Below are positions 17,516 to 27,040 of a stretch of DNA of 64,000 nucleotides, in pieces. The notes beneath the pieces were generated by a model, which worked only from the letters and a program-made list of their open reading frames with translations, was not told the DNA's origin and ran no database searches. Made by a program: the position numbers and the translations under genes. Numbering within the stretch: the first letter of the stretch is position 1; the number at the start of each line of letters is the position of its first letter. This DNA comes from Kiritimatiellia bacterium. Its GTDB lineage: Bacteria; Verrucomicrobiota; Kiritimatiellia; RFP12; JBMNHG01. Location: NCBI GenBank assembly GCA_050950285.1, contig JBMNHG010000008.1:496001-560000 (forward strand), given 5' to 3'.

Positions 17516-20503
17516 ATGAAGTCGATCATAGCCAGCGTCGCGGTGGCATCGGCCTCGGTGCTCGCCGCCGCAGGCGGGCATCCACATTCTGGAGCCGCGG
17601 CGCCGCGCATTGTCTTTCAAGAGGATTTTACCCCGGAAACGGCGCCACATTGGTCGTTGACGAACGTGCGTCATGGCAAGAACGGGTATGTGTCGGCGTT
17701 CTTTCAGGACGGAAGACTCGCCTTGCAGGACTTCTTTTGGGACGACAAGCCCGCAGTTGCCGAATCGCCGACCTTTGAGCCCTGTGCGTTTTTTCGGCTG
17801 AGTTTCGACTTTCGCCTCCATCGTGCCGGCAAGAAGACGTCGGACGCCTGTTCGGCGTCCTTGGAGCTCCTTGACGAGCACGGCGGCGTGCTCGCCGTAT
17901 TGCCGTGGCGCTTTCGCGGCCATGCGCCCGGGGCGGAATTGCCGGGCGGAGTCGCGATCGGGGAAAAGACCTGGTATCGGATTCGTCTTGAAACAGGGGA
18001 AGACGGACGGATTGACTGCCGTCTCGGTACGGAGGGGGCTGGCGAGGAGAAGTTTTTGCCGTCGCTTCTGATGCTGCCGGACGGCGCCCGCGTCGCACGG
18101 CTCAGGTTCAAGGCGGTTGACGGGTGGGACCACATGGGGGTTCTTGATGTCGCAAAGCTGTCGGTTGCGGCGCTTGAAGGCCCGGTCGAGGATCGGCCGG
18201 AGGTTCTGACGGTGCTGGAAGAGAAGGCCTATCGGCTTTCGTTCCGTCCGGACGGCGGATGCGACGTCTTTCGTCGCGAAGGGGAACAGCTCGTCTGGCA
18301 GGCGCATCTTCGCGCTCCGGTTCTTCCGGGGGTGACGGGGAGTGTCTCGTATGTGGAGTTCAACCCAAAGTCGCGGAAGGAGTTTTTCAGCCACGTGAAC
18401 GTCGAAGGCATTGCGGGAGTGGCGGGCATTCGCGAGACCGAGCGACGGGGCGTTGTGCTTGCGGCGATCGGCGGGGACGGCGCGCCCAAGGCACTGTGCA
18501 AATGGACGGGGTTTGCGGAGGCGGCAAAGCTTGATCTCTTCGTCTTGACGCCGTGCGGAGAACAGGACCGTGTGAGCGTCTTTCATGCGGTCGGACGTCC
18601 TCTCTTGGACAAACAGGTTTTTGCGCCGGTCAGGACGTACCGTACGAACGGGGAGCCCGAGCAGGAGACGCGGGCCATGATGGTCGCGCATGGCGGTGCG
18701 GAGGGGGTTGGATTTGTTGCGGCGACGGCTGCGGGGCTGCCGGTTTTTGCGATTGGCGATGAGTGGCGGTTGCCGCTGAAGAACCACAAGACCCCCTGGC
18801 AGCCTGATCGCAGGCGCGCTTCGCTTGTGCTGTCGTTCCGTTCCGATGCCCGCCTGGCGCGCATGGAAGGCGAGGCGCTCGCATCGGATGAGCCGATCGT
18901 TGCCGATTCGCGAGCGGGGGACGCCTTCTTCCTCGTGGAGCAGCCCGGGACAGTTCCCGTGCGGACGACGCTGTACAATGCGTTTCGTTTGCCGCAGAAC
19001 ATGCGAGTCGAGTACCGTGCGTTTGATGCCGATGGGCGACGGGTCGCGGAAGGCGTCAGGAACGTGACGGCTCCGTCCTTCGGCTTTGCGGTGGCGGAAT
19101 TCCCGGTGACGCTGCGCGAGGCGGGCCCGCATTGGATCGAGGTGGACGCCTCGACTCCCTATGGCGCCGATTATCAGCGCATCTGTGTCGGGGCGTTGAA
19201 GCCGGTGGCGTTCGCCAATGACGCGGGGTCGCGGATGGGGATTTCGGCCTTCCGAGGCACGGCGGGGGCCGCGCATCCGGAAGCGCGGAGCGATGGGGAG
19301 CTCCTCGGCCTGATGAAACGCATCGGCGTCCGCTATCTTCGTTCGCATGGCAATTGTTCGGCCGAGGCTCGGCAAATGGGCTTTACGCTGTGGTATGCCA
19401 ACCAGCCGGGTGGCCAGGACTGGAACCGCTATTGGAAAGGCGAACGCACCTGGATGGACGATCCGAAGAACCGGCGTGCCTGGTTGGCGGGAAATCTTGA
19501 AAGGACGGCAGATCTCGGTGCGGAGACGTTTGAGTTCGGCAACGAATGGAATCTTGCGGACGGCGCCGAAAACCCGACTCGCGCAGAGCGATACGTCAAG
19601 GAGTGGCTCGGCCTTCTCAAGGAGGTCCGGGACGCTGATTTCCCGCAGATCCGGCTCGGCGGCTGCGTGGTTGCCAATGCCGACCTTCCGTATTTGAAGG
19701 TCGTTTACGACCAGGGCGGCTGGCCGCTTTTCGACGATCTGGTCTTCCACATGTCCGGATTGCCGCGGGCGGCGGACAACCCCGGAAAGGAATACTGGAA
19801 CGTTCTGAGGTCGCTGTGCGACATTCGTTCCGCGTTGCGGCAGTACGGCGAGAAACCGCTCTATCTGAGCGAGTTCTATGCGCCAACCGCCCCGAACGTC
19901 CTCGTTTCGAACAACGAACGCGGTTCGGCGGCGGATCTCGCAATCCAGATTGCCCTTGCGATTGCCGCCGACGTCAAGGGGCTGATGCTCTATTGCCTTG
20001 ACGATTTCGACCGAGTCCTCCCGATCAAGACCGCCGCAGAACTTGGCGAACCGAGTTTCCGGGAAAATTATTTCGGGCTCGTGCGGCGCGACTGGGTTCC
20101 CAAAGCGACGCTGTGGACGTTCGCGACCGCCGCGGAACTTCTGGACGGGGCGAGGTTTGTCGGCGATGTGGACCTGCCTGGCGCAAAGCATTCCTTTGGG
20201 CTTCTCTTCGAGACCCCGCGGGGGCCGGTGGCTTTCCTTTGGAGTCGCATTGATGGCTATCCGCAGCATGAAGGATCCAGACCCCATGCCGCCCATCGGC
20301 CGCCATGGCGCAGCAGTGTCATCAGGACGGAGCCCGTTGTTCTGCCGGGGGAATCCGTGCATGTCAGCGACGTGTTCGGCCGCACGCATGCCGTCGTTGG
20401 AAAAGAAGGCCGGATTCGGCTTGAACTCTCCTCGGAACCTGTGTTTGTCCAAGGACTCGACCTTGAGGCCGTCAATGGCTATTTCTCCAAGATGCTGAAA
20501 TAG
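17516..20503 (+). CDS. Secreted multidomain clan GH-A-like glycoside hydrolase (GH39-like)
   Basis: Signal peptide; EFGNEWN acid/base-like and LYLSEF nucleophile-like motifs; ENYFGLV..DW.PK; C-terminal beta-sandwich (DVFGR). Confidence 0.65.
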   Translation: MKSIIASVAVASASVLAAAGGHPHSGAAAPRIVFQEDFTPETAPHWSLTNVRHGKNGYVSAFFQDGRLALQDFFWDDKPAVAESPTFEPCAFFRLSFDFRLHRAGKKTSDACSASLELLDEHGGVLAVLPWRFRGHAPGAELPGGVAIGEKTWYRIRLETGEDGRIDCRLGTEGAGEEKFLPSLLMLPDGARVARLRFKAVDGWDHMGVLDVAKLSVAALEGPVEDRPEVLTVLEEKAYRLSFRPDGGCDVFRREGEQLVWQAHLRAPVLPGVTGSVSYVEFNPKSRKEFFSHVNVEGIAGVAGIRETERRGVVLAAIGGDGAPKALCKWTGFAEAAKLDLFVLTPCGEQDRVSVFHAVGRPLLDKQVFAPVRTYRTNGEPEQETRAMMVAHGGAEGVGFVAATAAGLPVFAIGDEWRLPLKNHKTPWQPDRRRASLVLSFRSDARLARMEGEALASDEPIVADSRAGDAFFLVEQPGTVPVRTTLYNAFRLPQNMRVEYRAFDADGRRVAEGVRNVTAPSFGFAVAEFPVTLREAGPHWIEVDASTPYGADYQRICVGALKPVAFANDAGSRMGISAFRGTAGAAHPEARSDGELLGLMKRIGVRYLRSHGNCSAEARQMGFTLWYANQPGGQDWNRYWKGERTWMDDPKNRRAWLAGNLERTADLGAETFEFGNEWNLADGAENPTRAERYVKEWLGLLKEVRDADFPQIRLGGCVVANADLPYLKVVYDQGGWPLFDDLVFHMSGLPRAADNPGKEYWNVLRSLCDIRSALRQYGEKPLYLSEFYAPTAPNVLVSNNERGSAADLAIQIALAIAADVKGLMLYCLDDFDRVLPIKTAAELGEPSFRENYFGLVRRDWVPKATLWTFATAAELLDGARFVGDVDLPGAKHSFGLLFETPRGPVAFLWSRIDGYPQHEGSRPHAAHRPPWRSSVIRTEPVVLPGESVHVSDVFGRTHAVVGKEGRIRLELSSEPVFVQGLDLEAVNGYFSKMLK

Positions 20504-20525
20504 CACGTCAACCACGGGAAACACG

Positions 20526-21614
20526 ATGCATCCATTCCCTCTGCTTTACAACTCCGACACCAACAACATGTTTCACGACAAAGGCGTTCTCACCGACGAG
20601 GTGCTCCATTCCTTTGTCGACGAAGTGGCCGACAGTCAAGTGACGGTCTTCCTCCTCTGCCAGGGGGGGCAGACCGTCTTCTATCGATCCGAGGTCACGG
20701 ATTACTGGGGCGAGCAGCATGGCCCGTCGGTTCGTGCAACGTGGCCGGAGCAAGTCCAGTTAGGAGTTGGAAATCTGGAGCGCTACCTGCAACGCGGCGT
20801 CGAGCCGTTCGATCTTCTTGTGGAGCGAATACGCAAGCGCGGGATGGAGGCATGGCTCACCTTTCGGATGAACGAGGCACATGTTCTCCCGGTGAACTAC
20901 CCGCACGTCTCAAGCTTTTGGACGGCACATCCGGAGTGGCGCCTGAACAGCGCGGATCCGGAGGCGTTGGTCGAGGACTACGGCCCCGAGGGCGTTCGCT
21001 CGCGCGCGCTCAACTACGCAATCCCCGAGGTTCGCGAACGACGGATGGCGGAGATCGTCGAAGCCGTCAAACGCTTTGGATTCGACGGTCTCGAGCTTGA
21101 TTTCACCCGCTGGCCCGTTTATTTCAAACCCGACGAGATTTCGGCCAACATCCCGACGATGAATGCCTTCATGAAGGAGCTGCGCCGACGCCTTGACGAC
21201 ATCGCTGGAGCGCGTGCGCAACCGCTGAAAGTTGGCGTCCGTGTCAATTCTACGCTTGAGCGTTGTCATGGCGTGGGCCTTGATCCCATCGCTTGGCACG
21301 CCGACAGGCCGCTTGACTACATTGCTCCCGCCACCTTCTTCAGAGGCCAGGACTTGCACATCCCGGGGCCGGCTCCCATCGACGTCGCCGGCTTCCGGGA
21401 AGCCCTGCCGGAAGCCCCCGTCTACGCATACGTCGGCATCCCGGCGAAGGCCGAGAGCGCCGAGGACTGGGCGGCCTCCTACCGCCGGGAGACACAGCGC
21501 GCGCTTGCGTCGGGCGCAGCCGGGATCGGCCTTTTCAACTTCTTCACCTGCCGACACCTGCCGAAAAAATTCGAACCTCCCTTCGCCCTCCTCAACGACA
21601 TCCTTGACAGGTGA
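20526..21614 (+). CDS. Glycosyl hydrolase-like 10 (GHL10)-type TIM-barrel protein
   Basis: YNSD start, FRMNEAH, HPEWRL, LNYAIPEVR, FDGLELDFTRWP, GIGLFNF. Confidence 0.7.
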   Translation: MHPFPLLYNSDTNNMFHDKGVLTDEVLHSFVDEVADSQVTVFLLCQGGQTVFYRSEVTDYWGEQHGPSVRATWPEQVQLGVGNLERYLQRGVEPFDLLVERIRKRGMEAWLTFRMNEAHVLPVNYPHVSSFWTAHPEWRLNSADPEALVEDYGPEGVRSRALNYAIPEVRERRMAEIVEAVKRFGFDGLELDFTRWPVYFKPDEISANIPTMNAFMKELRRRLDDIAGARAQPLKVGVRVNSTLERCHGVGLDPIAWHADRPLDYIAPATFFRGQDLHIPGPAPIDVAGFREALPEAPVYAYVGIPAKAESAEDWAASYRRETQRALASGAAGIGLFNFFTCRHLPKKFEPPFALLNDILDR

Positions 21615-21705
21615 CGGCGCCTGCATGGCAATAGCTTCTGGCTGACCAGGCGCTGCACGTGTTGTAAAAAACAGGGATTCTCCAAATGCCGACGTGGCGC
21701 CGTCT

Positions 21706-22851
21706 CTATTCGTGGCGGCGGCGATAGCCGGCGGGGGTTTCGCCAGTTGCAGCGCGGAACGCTCGACAGAACGTCTGCGGGGCGGGGTAGCCGCATTGGG
21801 CGCCGATCGCTTCAACCGTTTGCCTTGTCTCCCTCAGGAGCCGTTGAGCGCGATCAAGGCGGATTTGCTGGATCGCTTGGCGGGGCGAACGTTTGAGTTG
21901 CGTCGAAAAGGCGATTTCCAGTGCGCGACGGCTCATGCCGACGTGGCGCGCAAGGTCGGCCACATTGCAGGGGTCGCAGGCGTGTTCGCGCAACCACGCG
22001 AGCGCTTTGCGCAAGCCCGGGGATTCGACGGCCAGCGTGTCTGTCGATTGGCGTGCAACGACTCCATTGGGCGGAAGCACGAACGGCTTGGCTGGGACGC
22101 CGTCTCCCGCCAGCAGTGCGGCGAGGCGGCGCGCGGCTTCGATGCCGATTTGTCGGCACGGCAATGCAATGCTCGAAAGAGGGGGGCGACACAATTCGCA
22201 TAGAAAGGCATCGTCGTCCACGCCAAGAACCGCGATTTGGTCTGGAATGCCAACGCCGCGTTTGAAACAATCGTGCGCAATGTCCAGTCCCAGCATGTCG
22301 AACGAGGCGAAGATTGCAAGGGGGTGCGCGGCTTGGCGCACCTCGCGAACCAACGCGGGCCAGTCGGCGCGCTTTGCACCGGGTGGCAAGGCCGCTCCTC
22401 CCGGAAGGAATCGGCAGCGGCATTTCGCCGCCTTCGCGCGTTGCTGGAACCCCTCCCACCGCCGCAGCGCCGCCATGCCGCGGTCGTTTGAGGCGTAGTA
22501 AATCAGGTTTTCGAATCCACGTTCCAGAAAGTATTCCGCCGCGAGGCGACCAATGGCGACGTCGTCGACCCGCACCGTGGGAAACCCCATGGGTTCAAAG
22601 TGCGAAAGACAATTGACAGAGGGGATGTGCATGTCCAGCATTTGCCTGGCCACACCGATGTCGGGGGAGGCCAAGATCACGCCGTCTTGTCTGTCCCATT
22701 CGGCGCCGCAGGAACGCACGGGACGGAGCGCGATGTGGATTCGCCATCGCAGCCGTTCATGATGGATGTGATCCATGACCCCTCGTATCACGTCTCGGCT
22801 GAAACGCGAAATTCCATCGACCACGACCCGTATCGTTCGTTCGCGTTGCAT
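21706..22851 (-). CDS. XylR-type regulator (periplasmic-binding-like domain plus C-terminal AraC HTH)
   Basis: VRVDDVAIGRLAAEYF, IPDQIAVLGVDDD..LC, VVARQSTD, SRRALE..F, CGY..PQTFCRAFR..TGETP. Confidence 0.9.
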   Translation of the reverse strand: MQRERTIRVVVDGISRFSRDVIRGVMDHIHHERLRWRIHIALRPVRSCGAEWDRQDGVILASPDIGVARQMLDMHIPSVNCLSHFEPMGFPTVRVDDVAIGRLAAEYFLERGFENLIYYASNDRGMAALRRWEGFQQRAKAAKCRCRFLPGGAALPPGAKRADWPALVREVRQAAHPLAIFASFDMLGLDIAHDCFKRGVGIPDQIAVLGVDDDAFLCELCRPPLSSIALPCRQIGIEAARRLAALLAGDGVPAKPFVLPPNGVVARQSTDTLAVESPGLRKALAWLREHACDPCNVADLARHVGMSRRALEIAFSTQLKRSPRQAIQQIRLDRAQRLLRETRQTVEAIGAQCGYPAPQTFCRAFRAATGETPAGYRRRHE

Positions 22852-22952
22852 CGTCCTTCAACTCATTGGGAATCAGAAAAACAAGAACAAGACCTCTTTT
22901 CGATAAAGTAGCAAAACGAGCCCAATTCCACAAGTGATATTCCGAAAAACGA

Positions 22953-23019
22953 AATGCGCAATATGTGCATTATTATGCGCACAATGAGCATGCCGCGAGG
23001 GGGCTCGGCATTGTATAAT
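22953..23019 (+). promoter_or_regulatory. Putative XylR-activated promoter with tandem operator
   Basis: Direct repeats AATGCGCAATATGTGCAT (22953) and TATGCGCACAATGAGCAT (22974), 21 bp apart, abut the -35 position of TATAAT (23014-23019). Confidence 0.55.
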
Positions 23020-23085
23020 GATTGATGCCGAGACGAAGCCGTGTGCTACAGGTGTGGCGCCCTTCGCATGGCAATAGGAGTCCCC

Positions 23086-24885
23086 ATGAAATCGTTGCAT
23101 GCATTGAGACTTGTTTGCGCTTTTTGGATCGCGGCGGCGTGGCCCGCCGCCGCCCTCACGCTCTACTGGGATGCGGATGGCGATGCGTCCAACAACCATG
23201 TAAACGGCACGGGTCTGGGCGGCGCGGGGGCCTGGGGCGGCGTCGGCTTGTGGTGGGATGGAGCCAGCGCCACCAATCAGGACTGGGTCTCCGGCAGCAA
23301 GGCGGTCTTCACCGGGGCTCCTGGGATTGTCACGGTCGGCTCCACAACCGCCGCCCTCGAATTCGGCGCCTCCGGCTACGAGATCCAAGCGTCGGGTCGG
23401 CTGACCCTGACGCATGCCAGCGGCGAGGCGGCCACGATGCACGGCAAGCCGATCGAATTCGACAACGCGACCGACGTTTCATGGCCCGGCTCGGTGACGG
23501 GCGGCAACGGCACCGGCTTCGAAAAGAAGGGGGCGGGCAAACTGGACATCGCCTTGGTCAGCGTCGTCGGAACCTATGCACCGGTCACGCTCTTTGCGGA
23601 CGCCGGCAAAGTCACCTACACTTCGGATGCGTCTGGCGGAGTGAACCACACCTACTTCACGATGGAGGCGAACACACGGCTGGACGTCGGCAAGCGGATT
23701 GTGCAATTCCGCTTGTTTTCCATGCATCCTTCCGCGATCATGGAGAGCAGCCAAGGCGGCGGCATCGCCTGCTCCAGCCAGTACGACGACAAGACCGTCG
23801 CCGGCACGCTGCAAGGCAACTTGGTGGTGCAGTGCAACTCCACCGTGAGCTCGGGTCGTACGTTCAGCATCTCCGGGGACAACACGCACAGCGGCGGATT
23901 CCAAGCCGTCGCCGGGTCTGCGTGGATTTCATCCGGCCCCACCTATGTCGATTCGGACACCGGGCTCGGCAGCGGCCCCGTGGTGTTTTTCTCGACGGAC
24001 ACTCGCGCCTCGGTCGATTTGCGCTTCCGGTCCGCTTCGCCGTCGATCGGGTCGTTGGAAAGCACCTACCGCTCAACGAAGAATCGCACCATTTACCTTG
24101 GCAGGAACATTGCGCCGATCAACAATACCGAATTAAGCATTGGCGCGCTCGACACGGACACGGTGTACAACGACTTCATCACCGACTATGCCGCCGATGG
24201 AGCCACGGGCAGCGTCCGCAAGGTGGGTTCGGGCTATCTGGTGCTCACAGAGGCCATGACCTACGCGGGGCGGACAACCGTCGAAGCCGGCACGTTGCAA
24301 ACGGTCAAGAAGGACGCCTTCGCGGCCGGCACGTTGAAGTACAGCTGCGTCAGTGGTTCGCCGACGATCACAATAACCACCGGCAGCACGAGCCTCCTGG
24401 CCTTGGGGCAACTGGTCAACGGCGGAACGGGCGTGCCCGTCGGCTCCGTCGTCCGCGCCATTTCCGGGGACGCCGTCACGCTTGACCGCAATGCCACGGC
24501 GAACGCGAGCAACCAGAACCTCTCCGCCCATCTCGCCTCCGCAAGCATTGGCAGCGACATCCTCGTCAATGGCGGAACGTTCAACGGCAGCGGCACGGTG
24601 GTGTACGATTTTGGCGCAGGCGGCAAGCCGCTCGTGCTGGCATCCGGCACGCTGGACATCTCGCGGATGCCGATCAGCTTCACGGGTTCGCCGACGGCGA
24701 AGGCCTACATCTTGGTCGATTATTCGGCTGGCGGCACCTTCATTGGTGCGACGAACGACGACACGGCGGACAGTTTCGCCTCCGCCACAAATGCCCCCGA
24801 AGGCTACAAGTGGAACCATGACGCGACGGCGAAACTCGTGGTGTTGGAGAAAATTCCTCTTCCGACCGTCATCGTCATTCGCTGA
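23086..24885 (+). CDS. Secreted protein with autotransporter-associated beta-strand repeat
   Basis: AGGAG RBS, signal peptide, LYWDADG..GGAGAW start, KVGSGYLVLTEAMTYAGRTTVEAGTL repeat; no C-terminal barrel, ends PLPTVIVIR. Confidence 0.8.
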   Translation: MKSLHALRLVCAFWIAAAWPAAALTLYWDADGDASNNHVNGTGLGGAGAWGGVGLWWDGASATNQDWVSGSKAVFTGAPGIVTVGSTTAALEFGASGYEIQASGRLTLTHASGEAATMHGKPIEFDNATDVSWPGSVTGGNGTGFEKKGAGKLDIALVSVVGTYAPVTLFADAGKVTYTSDASGGVNHTYFTMEANTRLDVGKRIVQFRLFSMHPSAIMESSQGGGIACSSQYDDKTVAGTLQGNLVVQCNSTVSSGRTFSISGDNTHSGGFQAVAGSAWISSGPTYVDSDTGLGSGPVVFFSTDTRASVDLRFRSASPSIGSLESTYRSTKNRTIYLGRNIAPINNTELSIGALDTDTVYNDFITDYAADGATGSVRKVGSGYLVLTEAMTYAGRTTVEAGTLQTVKKDAFAAGTLKYSCVSGSPTITITTGSTSLLALGQLVNGGTGVPVGSVVRAISGDAVTLDRNATANASNQNLSAHLASASIGSDILVNGGTFNGSGTVVYDFGAGGKPLVLASGTLDISRMPISFTGSPTAKAYILVDYSAGGTFIGATNDDTADSFASATNAPEGYKWNHDATAKLVVLEKIPLPTVIVIR

Positions 24886-24894
24886 AGCCATTCC

Positions 24895-27030
24895 ATGTCT
24901 TCTTGGCTCCCGAAAACATGCCCCACCACATCGGTGGTCTTTCTGGATATCGCCCTTGAGTCGGCGTCGCCCGGGGCGCTGTTCGCGCTTGCGACGCTTC
25001 AAGGGCTCGTCAATCGAACCCACGCGCGCAAGGTGTTCCTGAACCATCCGCTTCGCGACCCGTCCCATCCGGGCGTGATGCCGCTGGAGAAGTGGTTCGA
25101 GGACGGGCTGATTCCCTATCCCGTCGAGCATCCCGCGCTCGACGGCTCGAAGCGATACCCGGCATTGGACTGGCTGTTGCGAGAACATGGGAGTCTGCTT
25201 CATGGCGCGGTCCTCACACCGCCACGCATCCGCGAGCATGAGGGCAGCATCGCCGCCGCCACAACGGCCGCCGCGTTTGAGCATGCCATTGCATTGACGC
25301 CCGACATCGCGGCGCATCTGCATGATGAAGGTTGGACCTTTCCGGTTCTTGGCAGCACGATCGGCCTGGACAACCTCGCCGCGTTGCGCTGGCAAATCGC
25401 TCGCTATGCGGACGACTCGCGCCGCAACGGCCGCGTGATGGGGTTCACCCATGGCGGCCGGCCGTGCTGGATGATCGACTACTGGGTCGCCACCTATAGC
25501 TTTTGCTTCTATCTCGACGCCCGGCTGCCCGAGGAATCCGCCGCTTTCGCGGAGATTCTCAACCCGGATCTCATGCCCCCGGGCGCGATCCTCTATGGCG
25601 ATGTCGAGGGCACCGACGCCCGGTTCGTCGCCCAGCAGCTCGGCTACACGGTTTCGGCCGGCGACTTGTGCAACCTGTCCGTCACCTCGTCCATTCCGAG
25701 CGAACCCGCCCGTCTGCGTCGTCCACCCGCGCCTCGGGCCCACCCGGTCGAACCGGATTTTGCGTTTGTGGGCTGGAACGGTCTTGACGGAGACTGCCCC
25801 GTCGGCGTGGGCGCTTACGGCTACCTTGCGTTGCGCGAGGCGCCGCCGGAAGCCGACGCGCCGATCGGCCTGTGGTTTCACCCGCACATGATCGACTTGT
25901 TTCCAACCATGGCGCAGTGGTGGTCCGAACGCGGGAACGGCCAGCTTGACATTGTCGCTTCGCTCAACGACGGCGGTGTCGCACCCTGGACGGAGGAGGG
26001 CCGTCGCGGCTGGCGCGAAAGCTACCGCAGCCTGATGGCGCGATCAAATGGTCTCTTCCAGGTGTTCAACGTCTTCTACGAGACCGAGGACGTCGTGCAG
26101 GACACGTTGGCCGCTCCGCTTGACTGGCCTTTTGTGATTCTTGGCTACGACCCTGGACATTACCGCATCGAGAACGAGCCGACCCGGTGGAAGCTTCTGG
26201 GAAACACGGTTTACTGCAGCCAGGGCTGCGATGCGCGCGGCTCCAAAGGCGCCGACGCCATTCGTGCGCTCATCGATGCGCAACCGGCTGGCACGCCCGC
26301 TTTTGTGATGGCACGGCTTTGCGGTTCGGAGGGAAGGTTTCTGGAGACGGCCACCGCCGCGATGCGCGCGTTGCGAGCCGATCCGCCTGCCGGACGCCGT
26401 CTCGTCTTCCTGCCGCCGCGCGACCTCGCCGCGACGTGGCGCGCCTGGGCCGAAGCTTCTCGTCCTGTTGCTCCGCCATCGGTCTGGCCCGGCCCTGACG
26501 GCGCCCGCTTCGAGCAGACGCCGTTGCATCCCGACGCCATCCGAGGGCGGTTGCCGCATCCGCGTTCATTGGAGGCGGACGCCCATCGGAGGACGTTGCC
26601 GGCTGACATGGATGTGGCCGGCATCACCGCCGCCGTGGCCGCCGTGCCTGCCGAGGTTCCCGTTTGCTGGCTGCTCGGAACGGGCGTCGATGAACGGGCC
26701 GAGAGCAACGGCGCCTGGCTCTTTGATTATGCGAAACGGTTGATGCACCTGCACGTCTGCCAGAAAAACCGCCCCCACGCACGTGTGGCGGTTGCGCTTG
26801 AAGCGCACGCTTCCAAAGAGGCGGTTCTCCGGCGCTACCATCTGTTTCGCGCGCTCGAAGTCGCGGCCGTCGGCGCGGTCGATGCCTTCCATGTGCCGAT
26901 CCCCGAACGCGCCGTGCGGATCGTTGCCGAACTGCGTCAATTCCACAGTCTGCGACACGTGCCTGTACACGTGCCTGTGGTTTCCGCATCTGACGATGCG
27001 GACTTTGCCCCTTGCTCAACGCCTGCCTAG
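24895..27030 (+). CDS. GxGYxYP-like putative glycoside hydrolase
   Basis: LATLQGLVNR N-terminus, AATTAA, NLSVTS, DGD motif, followed by an unrecognised C-terminal extension. Confidence 0.6.
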   Translation: MSSWLPKTCPTTSVVFLDIALESASPGALFALATLQGLVNRTHARKVFLNHPLRDPSHPGVMPLEKWFEDGLIPYPVEHPALDGSKRYPALDWLLREHGSLLHGAVLTPPRIREHEGSIAAATTAAAFEHAIALTPDIAAHLHDEGWTFPVLGSTIGLDNLAALRWQIARYADDSRRNGRVMGFTHGGRPCWMIDYWVATYSFCFYLDARLPEESAAFAEILNPDLMPPGAILYGDVEGTDARFVAQQLGYTVSAGDLCNLSVTSSIPSEPARLRRPPAPRAHPVEPDFAFVGWNGLDGDCPVGVGAYGYLALREAPPEADAPIGLWFHPHMIDLFPTMAQWWSERGNGQLDIVASLNDGGVAPWTEEGRRGWRESYRSLMARSNGLFQVFNVFYETEDVVQDTLAAPLDWPFVILGYDPGHYRIENEPTRWKLLGNTVYCSQGCDARGSKGADAIRALIDAQPAGTPAFVMARLCGSEGRFLETATAAMRALRADPPAGRRLVFLPPRDLAATWRAWAEASRPVAPPSVWPGPDGARFEQTPLHPDAIRGRLPHPRSLEADAHRRTLPADMDVAGITAAVAAVPAEVPVCWLLGTGVDERAESNGAWLFDYAKRLMHLHVCQKNRPHARVAVALEAHASKEAVLRRYHLFRALEVAAVGAVDAFHVPIPERAVRIVAELRQFHSLRHVPVHVPVVSASDDADFAPCSTPA

Positions 27031-27040
27031 GAGTCATGCC

